From NCBI RefSeq assembly GCF_002113885.1, contig NW_018479811.1, positions 1 to 51,898 of the forward strand: a stretch of DNA of 51,898 nucleotides, written 5' to 3'. Source of the stretch: Mizuhopecten yessoensis. Taxonomy: Eukaryota. The notes under the pieces are model-generated. The model saw nothing but the letters and a program-made list of their open reading frames with translations. It made no database searches and was not told the origin of the DNA. This document shows positions 24,666 through 37,354 of the stretch, piece by piece (within the stretch, counting starts at the first letter, position 1; every line of letters begins with the position of its first letter). Made by a program: the position numbers and the translations under genes.

Positions 24666-25907
24666 GTATGCTTATGAATAGACATATCACTATTTTGAAT
24701 AAGTGAATATTGAATATGCAACACCTGTAAGTGTAAAATATGTATTTTATCCCTCTTCTCACTAAACTCCCGTTAAAGCATTGATTAATCGGAGTTGGAG
24801 GCGCATCTTTATAAACGTTTTACAGATTAGGACGTGTGGTACCTTTTGGAAATGTTAAAGAAGAATCGTTGATTTAGACACACTTCGTTTGAGAACACTT
24901 ATAGCATGTTCGAAACCTTGCCTGAGACGAGGCTAATTGCTAATTTAACACCAAAAGAGGTATGTCACTATGCAAAACAAATTGTATACGCCTTAGAAAG
25001 TGTGCTACATGTATAAATGTGTTTAGCTGCAGAAGACTAATTGCATGAGTCCCTAGAAGTTCGCTATCAAAGCATGTTTACTCTAGAGAACAATGTTAAT
25101 GCATTTCACTGTAGAACTAATTCAGAGGTTCTGCTGTGTTCGTTATAAACGGGTTTCACTTATGAGCATATTTTTTTTGTGTGTTTCAAAACGTGTTTTA
25201 CGGTTTGTACTTAACTATATAAGGATATGGAAAATTGTTTTTTCCAACAAGCTTCCATTGCGCTTCGTTCCATTCACATCCGTTATTGATGCACGGTTCC
25301 TTTTTCTTCCCCTCGAGTCTGTAGTCATATTTGTATTGTAATGCCATTGTGATACCCTGTGCCGAAAGTAGCTATGAATAACAGTTGAAAAGTCGTGTGT
25401 TAGTTTTGGAGAAAAAAATTGTTATTAAAAAATATCACCACTGAATCTTGAAGATGTCTTCAGCGGTCAGTTAATCAACAAATCCGCACTTATATACTGT
25501 TGTGATACTTAGTAAACATAGCAACATACAGAAATTCCCATAAAACAACGACATATAACGGATGTATTTGCTCATAATATTTTCCACAAAAAAACGTTTT
25601 AATTTAATGAAATTATCAAATTCATGGACAACTGGCGACATATTAGTTCAGGAGACGGAACTATATGTTTATTATTCTATCACATAACGATGTGGAAGTA
25701 AGTTTTTTTAAGAAAGTTGCTTGAGTTGTTTTCAAGTTTATAAAGTTTTTATGAGTTTATAAATAGAACAGTATATTTTAAAACAATCAGACCACTTCAA
25801 ACGCTACAACCCAAATTCATTATAAACAATAGATGACACCGGACTTATGTAGTTGAAGACTGATATATTTATTAATATCAACTCATTTAAGATTTTCCGT
25901 GTACGTG

Positions 25908-27322
25908 TCCAGTGAGTACAAAACGTCATGAAAACGTTGCAGTTACGTCAGGACACAACGTTGCATTCAGGTAACAGTAACGTTGCAATAAGTTTGCTGG
26001 ACGATTTCCTGTAACGCTCGTGTGTAGCATTTTGACAACGTTTTATTACTGTTGTACATACGTTGTCGCCACGTCTCATTTATAATCAAATCTATATGCA
26101 ATTACAGGGGATCGTTACAAATATCTTAAATATATACACATATGCTTTGTTGATATGAGTCACAGCACATCAGCATAGCATATGTATATAAGACATTTGT
26201 AACGAACCCTGTAATGCAATAGAATAACAGCAACAAACACAGCGTAACAAAGGTGAATTTTTTTATTGGCAGTTTGAATACGTTTGTAAATATCACCTAC
26301 TTAAGTTAATAAGTGTATAAGGTTTTTCGTTCAGTCTGCATTTTGACAAAGTGCACTTAATTTTTTTGGACTTACCATTAGCACAGATCATTGATCTTGA
26401 ATATTTACTAGCACGAGAATGCATATGTGTCGAACACACGCTCTCTCGATTTGTTTGTAAACAGTTATTAAAAGTGTCAAAATGCAAACTGTACCAAAAA
26501 ACTTCAACAATTACCTACCTAACGAAGTTGATATTTAAACATCTTCAAGCATTCAGACTGTGAAGATAACTATTAACAATTATCCAGTTTGGGTGACTCC
26601 CATTGACCAGTGGTCAGTTTGTCCAGTTTGAATCGAATGGGCAAACAGACAACTGGAAATACAGAATACCGCGCAAATCTTTGTGTTATTCTTTTCTTTC
26701 CGTCTTTATACACCAATTTAGACATTAATATATAAATTATCTTTTATTTATGATATCTTTAAGCAACTTGGATGCTATCGATGTCAACAATAAACAAAAA
26801 AGAATGTATTTTATTGTATATAGGATGCTGCCCTCTAGCGGATCAATTTGCAAAATAAGGGGAGACATGACCAAAGTGCTTTCGTTATATCGCTGCTTCA
26901 GTAAGGACAGCTTTATCGTTATTGAAATGTTTGTGAGGCATTACTGGGATAATGTTTTTGTTAATGCAATATTTCAAAAAAGTTCTCACTTTTAAAAATA
27001 TATTGTTATATACAGTAGTTAATATCACGTTTATTAAATTAAAGTAAATAATTCCCGGATACATCTCAGTTTTACTCAATCATCTCGTTACGATCATTAT
27101 GTGTTATACTGATCATACAAATTACAAAGTATTATCGTTTCTTTTTATTTGAAGTGATTTGATCATAATTACTGTAAACTTATTAAGGAACCTTAGTTAT
27201 TTTCAAACGTTGCACAGACATTTGGAACAAGACGTCCTCATAACGTTGTTTTTAAGTCGCGGACGTTGTGACCAGAATAAGACGTTTTCCGGACGTTCTC
27301 TGGACGCAGTGTGTCCACTGGG
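25908..27322. mobile_element. Non-autonomous TIR DNA transposon, (T/C)CCAGTG...CACTGGG termini, 2-bp TG TSD (animal EnSpm/CACTA-like), in A2 intron 1
   Basis: Absent from the paralogous A4 intron (about 48803-48870 is continuous). TG lies on both flanks (25906-25907, 27323-27324). Subterminal clusters of ACGTT/GACGT motifs at both ends. The superfamily call is an inference. Confidence 0.7.
26101..26215. repeat. Short foldback of the same family, nested in the 25908-27322 element
   Basis: ATTACAGGGGATCGTTACAAATATCTTA / TAAGACATTTGTAACGAACCCTGTAAT. Confidence 0.6.
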
Positions 27323-28348
27323 TGGCTTCTTTAACAATTTCAAACAAATGTACCAAAATAGATCTGAGCGTTTAACAGTGTTTTAGACAAGAATGTAATT
27401 GATAGGAATACATGTCTGTCCGAAAAGGGGAAAAACAAATACATATTGATATGCATCACCGGCAACTTATCGATCATATTGCGGTAAAGTTAAAAGATAA
27501 GGTTCAATGAACGGTTCACTAATTCAACCGGCAAATACATTTGTTTTCTACAGTGTACGCTCGTTTGCTTTTTTATTATTCAATAGTTAAGCAAACTACT
27601 CTTAAAATGAATTATAAGAGGAAAATTGTTCTGCATTATAGTAAATATAAAGCTGCAATTCGTTTAACTTTATTATATTTCGGGGAAACATTGTGCATGA
27701 TTTAACGATTATTAAACCTTTCTCTTAACATCAGACATCACGATTGACTCTTAACTTCAACAAGGTTATATTACCTTAGAGGTTATATCTTTTATATTAT
27801 TTATATATATATGAAAAGTGATACAAAATAAGTACATAAAAAGTCAGGGTTTGTTGTTCACTATCTGTCTCTAAGTCGAGTAAAGACAAGTACTCTTGTT
27901 TCCATGCAGACCCCCTTATTGATCTTAAAATGAAGAAAACTTCAGATCGCCAAAATTCAAATATGTGTTTGTTAGTATGCTGATGTGCACGTCTGTCATT
28001 TTAGTTTTGATCAAGTAAAAATCTACCAATGAAGCAAAACGTCCCTACAATGTCGCACACTTTTTCCTTAAACAAATAATAAAAACATGATCACCTCAAT
28101 TAAAGTATGCTTACGGCACTACATACGCATGTACTAACCAAAATACCAAGTCTCATTTTTCAAATTATATATATAAATTCCGATATTTAATTATGATCTA
28201 ACATATGTTTTATCACTCAGTTGACAAAAGGTGACCATATCATATTTCAGGATATTCAATGAAGTCCCTGCATACATATTCCTCCGAAAGTGAGGAAGAT
28301 TTTCTAAAGCGTTGCTGATTCATTGTTCTGTGTTTCTATTCCATACAG

Positions 28349-29684
28349 GCTTCCAGAGACCTTGAACCTAATGACCTTTCCAAACGACGATGAAGACACA
28401 AATGATTTAACAGCAAGCTGGGTATGCACTGGAAATTCCTTCGATAGTGCCATTTCAGAATGTCCCCTTTTAAACCTAAGCCACAGTTCTGAAACTGACG
28501 AAATACACGATAAAATTTACTCTGGATTAGAAACAAACATGTCCGACAGCCTTGACAAATATTTTATTGGCGATTTGTTCAAGAAATGTTTTGATTTGGA
28601 TTCAGAAACAAGACCCAGACTTTATACACCTGATTTTAGTACATGTATCAAAGGTATTGATGCCGTAAAATCCGCAAACAGTGTCGATTTACCAACACTG
28701 CCGGGAGAAAAACAAAACCAAAGTGATGGTTTGGAAGTGGTAGATTCTACGAAATCCATCACACATCTCACGAATACACCGTCACAGTCGTCGAAACCTA
28801 ACGCGATGAAGTTGGACTCGACAAGATCTAAAAGGTCGAGTTTGATTTTGAAAGGCTGCTTCCGAGAAAACAGTTTGTATACATTCGACCCTATGAATCC
28901 GACAATCACAGTAGAAAATATTCAGGATAGTGACACTGAATCTGAAGAACAGGATCATAGTTGGCACACGCCTAAACCTAGACAACAAGACATGTATTTA
29001 GAAAAGCTCAGAGAACTAGAGCAAGAAGTGAACCAACTACAACAGCTTCAGAAGGACATAAGTACAACCGAACCAGGACTACTAAACATTCAAATTCCTA
29101 AGTTGTCCTCTCAAAGATCTGTAAGCGATAGCGATATCTATAATTCCATTGAGTTGGAAAACAAAATTGAAGGTCGAGATATCAATGATAAACTAAATGT
29201 AATCAAAAGTGATATTCATGACATGAAAAAATCCTCGAGCACAGACAATATCAACAGGAGAACAAATAGAGACAGATCTAGTACATTAAAATATGACCAA
29301 TCTGGTATTAAAGCATCATCAAGCTTTGAAAATATCAAAACCATGGCCACAAAGCTGTGGGGGAAAATAACTAAATGCGATAAAGACAGCTCTGACGGAA
29401 CATCTCAAAAGCTTTCAATCAAAGTTGACGCCCGGGTGGAACTGTCATGTCCATGTGAAAGATCGTGCGGACGTGTTAAAAGGTTGGTGACAACACAAGG
29501 AGGGTACATGTGGGTGGCCTTCATTCAGTGTTCCTGGGTTTCCTTGTACAACAATAGACACGAGAGAGTGTACAAGTTTGATACACGTGGTTGTGTGGAT
29601 AGTTTAGCAGTGACTGCGACCGGAGTCCTCTATGTCTCGTGTCCTCTACAGAAGAGGATCATCATGCTGTCATCAAATCTTCAG
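28349..29684 (+). CDS. Gene A2 exon 2 (disordered region plus first propeller blades)
   Basis: Acceptor CCATACAG|G, phase 2. Open frame within ORF 28323..29753. Donor CTTCAG|GTATGC. Confidence 0.88.
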
Positions 29685-31311
29685 GTATGCGTTGATACTT
29701 TTTCGTCAATTCAAAACCATGAAATACTTGCTTTATTATGGCAGTTTTCTTAAATAAACACTTGTTATGTTTATTGCAATATGACTAGTTTGTATATGCA
29801 TGAAAATAGGTAAATAAACAGTACGAAATAGCCATCATTATGGAATGAAAAATATCAATAGAATTGGATCTTTCCACAATATCATACATGTATGTTTTAG
29901 AAACATCCTTGCTATTATTTCAAATCACACAGAACATGTGCATTCCAGTTCTTAATCTATATAGATAAAGATAGCTGACACAATCTTATTCTGACGACAT
30001 CTCTAATGTAGAATCATACCAACAGACGTCGTCATTATACACAAGTCGGCAAGGTATTACATATAACATGGTACCATATCCCCTGCGTCCTAATTTGCTT
30101 AATTATTACCCCTCAGAAGTCAGTTATTTGTGATGTTTACTCCTGTTTTATTATTTTTAGAAACATCAGGTACATATTTACATTATAACGTCACTCTTTT
30201 TGTAACGTCACAATATAAAGCTGTTTGCAAAATGCAGTATTTTTTTCTTGATGATTAGCTCACGGTAAATCTGGTTTAATGATACAATCATAATAATTTC
30301 ATATCCTATACAAGAATCCGGGACTTTTGTTTTCGTGAATATGTGTTAAATGAACATGAAAAGTGATATTTACGTGACTTCGACACGGCTAATATCGTTT
30401 TCTCAGGTTCATATAATCGCATGTTCATCTCAACAAAAGTCCATCATTGATAAATAGCAGATTGGATTATTGTATGTCAGTTTTGATGAAGACATTGTGA
30501 CAGGAGACAAATCTGATATTTAGCTTTTAAAATGTATTCAATTTCTACATTCATCATATAAATAAACGATCTGTTTACCGTAAATAACATGTACTTGCTA
30601 AGTTGAATTCGTGGTCACCTCGCCTCATATCCATTTAACTGACACTCGTGACTATGAATAATATCGCAATAACCTTGAACTCGCGTTATTGCAAGTACAA
30701 GGAAGTTATTGCAGTTGTAGTACAGCTTTTTATTAAAAAAAACAGGAAGGGTATAACCTGAATGTGTGTATCTCAATGTACATTTAGTAACTTTTGAGTT
30801 CCTTTTCAGAAGTCTTAGGGAAGAAGTAATTTATATATTACAAATTTAGTTAACCCTATATATTCTGTTCGATTTGAACAAAGTCATATTGCTGTAAAAT
30901 AATTGTTAAAATCTAACGTATCATTTAGGATGGTGTATGATGTGTTATCACTACTTCTCTATAACGATCAAGTGTCTATATTGTTTTAACTATATACTAC
31001 TTGGTATTTTCGATTGTGTAGACACCACCTCTCTGTAACTACAGCATACCTATACATTAAAGTCAAACCTGCCTTAGGCACTCTCCTTGAAATGCCAAGT
31101 GTGTATAACTTAAATCAAGTAGCCTTGGAGACCAAATTTATATACCTAGGGTAAAACCTGCAAAAGATTGATTCCATTTATGATGACACTGTAGCATGTT
31201 CGTACTGCAGACAGCAATTAGGATTATGTAAGAACAAAGATAAAATCCCACTGGTTCCTTCCAGATCTTTATTGTGATTTTGAAATCCACTTTTTATTTT
31301 CTTTCGTTTAG

Positions 31312-31887
31312 ATGACAGTTCTGTGCTGTTTCACCAAATTATATCCACGAGGAGTTGCTGTATCCCCGAACGACGGCACCCTGATAGTCTGTATGGCGTC
31401 TCAGACTGTGGGGAATGTGATGAAAAAGCCTTCAAAGAACAGTTGTCTGATGCGATTCAAAGGCGAAACGCCAAACGAAACCGGAACAATTGTGAACAAA
31501 GGGAATTATTTCGGATATCCGGTAAAGGTAACCATTAACATGAATGGCTTTTTATTAGTGTCAGATTTCGGTTTGAGATGTCTGATTGTTTTGGATCAGA
31601 GGGGACATTTGTTGAAAAAGTTTTCTTCACTAGGAGGAGTTCCACTGTGGCATGTACATGCTCTTACAAGTAACCCAGTTAGATCGTTCTGCGTTGTTCA
31701 AGGAGGAGCTGGAACACTGTCAATCACACGACTAGGAGAGTACCTAGGAACCTTCGAGGAGACATCGACATCAACTAAGGATGAACGTTTAGTAAAACGT
31801 ACAGTTGAAACGGCGTCAATGAAAACGGAGGGGCAGATAGTTTTAGCATCTGGAAATATCATCACACATGTTTCTCTCGTGTATTAG
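31312..31887 (+). CDS. Gene A2 exon 3 (NHL propeller); complete protein about 688 aa
   Basis: Acceptor TTTCGTTTAG|ATG. Near-identical to A1 exon 3. Confidence 0.88.
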   Translation: MTVLCCFTKLYPRGVAVSPNDGTLIVCMASQTVGNVMKKPSKNSCLMRFKGETPNETGTIVNKGNYFGYPVKVTINMNGFLLVSDFGLRCLIVLDQRGHLLKKFSSLGGVPLWHVHALTSNPVRSFCVVQGGAGTLSITRLGEYLGTFEETSTSTKDERLVKRTVETASMKTEGQIVLASGNIITHVSLVY

Positions 31888-32448
31888 TAATAAGGTGCGG
31901 ACAATGTGAGAATTTTTTACAGGGAAACAGTGACAAAGGTTGTTCGCTCAATTAAGGTAAATATAAGGGCAGATGTTAGGTCAGATTAAGCAGGCTCACA
32001 TGCTCCTCATCTTGGATGGTACTGTATAGGCGACGAACAATGTTGGATGCAAGTCTACACTTATGTGATTGTGTTGACAACATAAATAGAATCCTGTTAA
32101 AAGTTAGAACAGCTTTTGCCAGGAAAAAAAGTATCAGGGGCAGGTGGGGGACCAAATAGACAGGCAAAAGCGAAGCCCTGTGGTATATTCATATACTGTG
32201 ATGCTTATTTTGTTTTACGGAATAGTGTATTCATACTTGTTACTTTATACACAAATCTATAATATTGTATATTTACATCTCTCCCTTGTTCAGCTTACTA
32301 AACTCTAACTGCGTTTAATTTTTCGTAAACGCAGAGAAAAAAAGGCTTGGCGGATTGATATTTGTTTCAAATATGACGCCGTACACATTTCAGAGTTCAA
32401 TGACACAGTCTAGATACATAGAACATATTCGGAATCCATTATGTGTAA

Positions 32449-33239
32449 ATATTTACATTTGGTGTGTCAAAGCCCTTCTATGTTACTACTAAAGTACTGC
32501 CAATAGCAGCTTCATCTTATGAGACTATAACTGAAGTTGGTCTTTGTACCTCCGAGCGACTTAACATTGTCACTATCGAACTTATCGGTATCTTCTTCTT
32601 TGATCCCGAACACCAGCTGCCTGTCTCAAGTGTCTGTGAGATCAACAAACAATTTTACGCCTGGATTTTTCACCAATTCAACCTTCTCCGGTTGCACGAT
32701 CAACATCAACAACATGCCGGACTGCAAATATAACTCTGACCTGATTACTGCGGGCTTCCGTTAAGTGCGTGCGCCTGATATAGGTCGCAAAAAAATCGGA
32801 ATATTTTTACGACACTTAATTAGTTACTTACAAAATGTTATTTGTTACTATTTTATGAATTGAGAATATGATATATATGTATAAATTAAAAACAAATGAA
32901 TTATTAACGAAAGTTGCGGAGCCTTTTCAATTTTGTATTGGAAATAGCCCGTGACGTCAGCTGTTATCTTTGTGCCGTTCTAGATATTGACTTGACCTAA
33001 CGGTAATAAGTGGGAAATTTGAAAGTTGGAAAAGACATAAGTTATTTTTTGCAAATTCTCATTCCGGAAATATATATATAAGCAATAAACTGCATAGATG
33101 TGGCAGAGCAGCTGGTATAACTGCCACATGTGTCCCAGACAAACTTGTCATGGTGCGCTAGTGCGCACCATTCAGTTTGTCTGTGACACATGGCAGTTAT
33201 ACCAGTTGGTCTGCCACATTTATGCAGTTTATTGCTTAA
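32449..33239 (+). mobile_element. Insertion ending in a ~160-bp near-perfect hairpin (33079-33238); possible Crypton (tyrosine-recombinase transposon) 3' remnant
   Basis: The paralogous site at about 5795-5810 (AGGTGTAACTATAC) is uninterrupted, and TAA is repeated at the junctions. Arms TAAGCAATAAACTGCATAGATGTGGCAGA... and ...TCTGCCACATTTATGCAGTTTATTGCTTA. Residual frame FFTNSTFSGCTININ. Confidence 0.55.
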
Positions 33240-34675
33240 CTATACAATGAAAAAAGCTGACAAACTTATTATTCCATGGATGCATATTCACATTTCTTTG
33301 GCGGTAACGTCAACAATGGCGGCTTTGTTCTGAAACATTCGACCGCGTCACTCCATGAGCAGTGTGTCACTGCGCGTACATGACGACCATTGTCAATGAA
33401 CAGAATAGGTCGAAGGGCTTCTCACATTGCTTAATTTAAAAAAACATGAAAGGAAAAAATACTGTTGTTCACTGCGTATTTTCAAAATTTACTCATATAT
33501 CGTTGAGGATTCATTGGAACCATATTGTCCTAGCAACCACGGCTACTGTAGTTACTATCGGGGCAACCCTTGATCTTCATTTCGACCGCGTATACGGTAG
33601 TATAAACGCAGTTAGCAATGAACATATTCTGTATTGAGTGCTAACGTGCATAATATATATGTCCATTGCCAACTGCGTTAATATTACCGTATACGCCGTC
33701 AAAACGAAGGTCAATTCTTAAATGCATTAATCCAAATCTTGGTGAGAAATTGGGTTTAGAAATTAAATCAATGATACTGTATATGTAATTTTGATAATGT
33801 ATATGATATGTATTTTATGTATATTTCAAACGTACTTCATCTTGTAGACTTGTTGTAAGAAACAAGGTTTCATACCATCAACAGTGTTAGAAATACGATT
33901 ACGTGGTGGATATTTTTGTATGATAAAGACGTATAGCGAATGTAAACGTATATTTCCAAAAAGGATGGCAGTTCTGGAAACTGAAAAGAAAATATCAGAT
34001 GAGATAAGTCCTAATGATATCACTGTTAATACTGAGCGATGAATTTGGATGATGCAAACATGGAATCATGAAGAAGCCGATAATTGATAAAACAACATGT
34101 AAGAAATATACATATATCGGCATTATGAAAGTTGTAACAGTATTTTTAATGAAAGAGTGGCATGTAACTAAATCATATAATCTTGATCATAAAACCTACA
34201 TCAGTGTATATGTGTATATGTTATGAAGGAAAATAAACAAGGGAAATAATTTAACTGTTGTTGTTCGTTAATTCCAGATGTGAAAATTAAATACTTCCTT
34301 ATACACATACGCCGTTGGATATAAATGTTCATGAACAGCGTCGATTATATATAGATAGAGGATCGCTATGAAACGTTTCACTTATACTTTAATATATATA
34401 TATACAGGAAAAACAAAAACTAGACTTTATGGAATGTTCTTGATAATTACAATATTACATCTGAAAATTATATTTTTATCGAATTAACATTGATCTTCAA
34501 AGGTTAGGTTTTTAATTCGTATGTCTTCACTGTAAGCATATAGATGCCCTTACATCATAAAACCGTACCAATATACGCGTATGTTAGTTATTTAAACGTT
34601 TATATTTAATTGTTAAATATGACAGATTCCTAAAAACATAATTTAACATATAGTTATGAAGGTCTCTGGACAATA

Positions 34676-35046
34676 AAATGATTGTGTTATTTGACATATG
34701 TCCTGCTTGCTATTCTAGATCAATTAAACGGAATACGATTTTTGAAACAGATATTAATCATTTTCGGTAATATGTATATATATATATTAAGTTTTAAAAA
34801 AATATTTTCAAACAATTGATAACAATGCCACAAATTCATTTTGAGTATCTGTTTTGGTGCGGAATGCAGGTGCTGATCCGGATATTGTTTACAGTCATGT
34901 TATAGTATCCGTTTAATTTATTAGGTGACGTAACATAACTTCCTTTTTTCTAAAACATCCCTATGCGGCATGCTTTCTGACTCTGAAGACAATTTTAGTT
35001 GATCTAGAATAGAAAGCAGGACATATGTCAAATTACATAATCATTT
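34676..35046. repeat. Paralogous copy of the 7329-7696 foldback element
   Basis: Same arms at the same position in the duplicated spacer. Confidence 0.7.
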
Positions 35047-35969
35047 GTTATAATTCCTTTATAAAAACGTTTTCAAAGCTTACTTTCTCTTGCACATGGA
35101 TTATGCTTTTCCAACATACCGTATATGTATAATAGGCCTGTAGCCCTAACCCCAGTTGTTAAAATTCAACCAAGTTTTTGAAGGCAACTTTCTTCGCTGG
35201 AATTAATTAAGTTGTTTTCTTTCTAAATACATGTACTAGCTTACATTTCTAGTATCAGTCGACTGGACGAATGTGGCTGAAACTTTCAGACGACCATACT
35301 TGTGTCCACGAGAACAAAAGTGTTAGGCCCTGATAGGACATGAGTTGGACATGAGAAACGGACTTATCGGTCTCAGATTTCTGTATTTTTGAGTATTACG
35401 TATGAAATTAAGAAAGACAAAGTATCTTGTATACATGTTGGTTGATACAAAGATTTAGATTAAGAACCTGCTGTTACAATTATAGTGATGTGCGAAAAGA
35501 GGCCACCTAAGCTATCAATTAATGCGTTATTTCAAAAAGAATTACCTATATCAGAATTACATATTATATTAGAAGACAACCTGTGTCTTGATACAACACA
35601 ATATGATGTACAAACATCAATTCATCACACCATGCACAAAATTATTGCTTTTATGAAACCAGTCCTGTTCTCAGACGACGTTCTAATGCAATACAGTGGA
35701 AAGGAAAAAGATTGAGCAGACTGGCATTATTTTTTCCACATTTCTTTAACATAACGAAACCCCTATAATGAAGATTTATTTAGGAAAACGTTATAATATT
35801 TATTATATATAATATAGACAAACTTCCTCAACGTCAGTGATATTTTCCTCTGGAAATCTAAAGTGAAAGAAGGTTCCTATATTTTTTAAACTTTTTCTTC
35901 ATGTTGGTAAGTATGGATGAATCGAGTCATTTCGATACACATATAACAACGATTGTACATATGCTTACA

Positions 35970-36419
35970 GGGACCGCAGAACCAAATGATTTTCCATAGA
36001 CGATAGTGTTAACGTTTACCACTGTCATGGCTAAACGGGGTTATCCACACTGGTTTACCTGCCCTCAGTTTGAAGAATATCATCTCACACAAATAATAAA
36101 ATATTTAAAAATTATGCCTATTTTAACTTTTTTTTGGGGGGCCGCCATTTTGTATTGAATTCGGCACCAAAAATTGACCAAAATTTACAACAAATTACAC
36201 ACTTAATAAACTCCTCCAGACAAAAGCAGGCGTCAATTATTTATTTTTTATACATTTTACATCTGTATATATATATTGCTCAACCAACACATACAACTTT
36301 TGAAACTTCTACCACCTAAATATCCAACCAGCAGGCCCCGAGGCATTCACCTTCCTATTAAATCTTCTGCCCAAAATGGAAAAACCCACAATCATTTTTT
36401 GATTTGATTCCGTGGTCCC
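35970..36419. mobile_element. MITE, 450 bp, TIR GGGACC(G/A)C(A/G)GAA(C/T)CAAAT, TSD TACA
   Basis: Imperfect 18-bp TIRs. TACA at 35966-35969 and 36420-36423. Empty site GCTTACAGCGTAGCC at about 46601-46615. Confidence 0.8.
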
Positions 36420-36503
36420 TACAACGTAGCCAAACTCGAAATCGATTTTGTGGACAACTCGTACACATTTTACACCTTTGTGTCATATGCTTCACTGGTC
36501 ATT

Positions 36504-36555
36504 TGTCTGATGAAGATGGCAAGGTACATATCGTACTAGTCATCGAAACGTCACA
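36504..36555 (+). ncRNA. Minimal (Penelope-type) hammerhead ribozyme motif
   Basis: TGT-CTGATGA-A-GATGGC...GTCATC-GAAA-CG-TC-ACA: core boxes, 6-bp stem II extended by GTAC/GTAC, palindromic ACGT stem III, 3-bp stem I. Confidence 0.6.
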
Positions 36556-37199
36556 TAGAAAACTGTATTGGTCGTAAATAAAAGGACTTTTCATAATTAA
36601 TGGAAGAAGGTTCCAATGTGATGAACTTTCGTGAAACTGTGACCTGTGTAAAATGTAATATTTAAAGCAGTTTGTGTAGATTTAACGAAATGTCCTATGT
36701 ACATGTATACGGAAACAAAGACGCAGTGTCGTTTCATAGAACAACAACACTACACTAAAAAAGGAAGGTGAAACTATACTTTGACATATTACGCAATAGA
36801 ATTATATCATTATACAACAGTGTACATGCTCTGGTGATCACGTTACTGGAAGTTGTAAGTATTAAGCAGTGAGTCATCTCACATGACTTCATTGTACACT
36901 GTGTATTAACGACAAGGGGTTTGTATAGTTGCTACAAATAGCATGTAAGATCATTAACACTTGTTAATACTTTGTAAACATCTGTGTAAACATCTGTGTG
37001 TAATTGTAAACTATAATCGCATATTCGTGTAGTATTCTCCTGATATTGTCTCCTTGGCATATATATTAATATTATATGTAGGATAATATAATATCTAAGT
37101 CGCAGTGACGTTTCAGGAGAAATTTTATTACAATGACAAACTGGCGGAAGTGAACATTAGTTTATGTTTGTGATTATATTCAACCACACAACGCCACAC

Positions 37200-37354
37200 A
37201 TGGCTATCCCCAGACAAGATGGTGTACAGGATATCAATGCTGACCTACTTGATGATGTTTCGAACCACCCACCACCACGTCCTCCAAGAAAACCATTGAA
37301 AACTCAAGAGAAACTTACTGAAGAACAACATCGAAATAGAAACTCAAATCCCAG
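37200..37354 (+). CDS. Gene A3 exon 1 (PPPRPPRKP)
   Basis: 155-nt paralogous exon. Donor CCCAG|GTATGT. Confidence 0.75.

Larger units (their letters stand above)
35878..36603 (+). mobile_element. Penelope-like retroelement remnant (contains the nested MITE and the hammerhead motif)
   Basis: Flanked by the direct repeat AAGAAGGTTCC (35867-35877 and 36604-36614). Absent at the paralogous site near 23930-23990. The hammerhead is followed by AATAAA. Confidence 0.5.
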
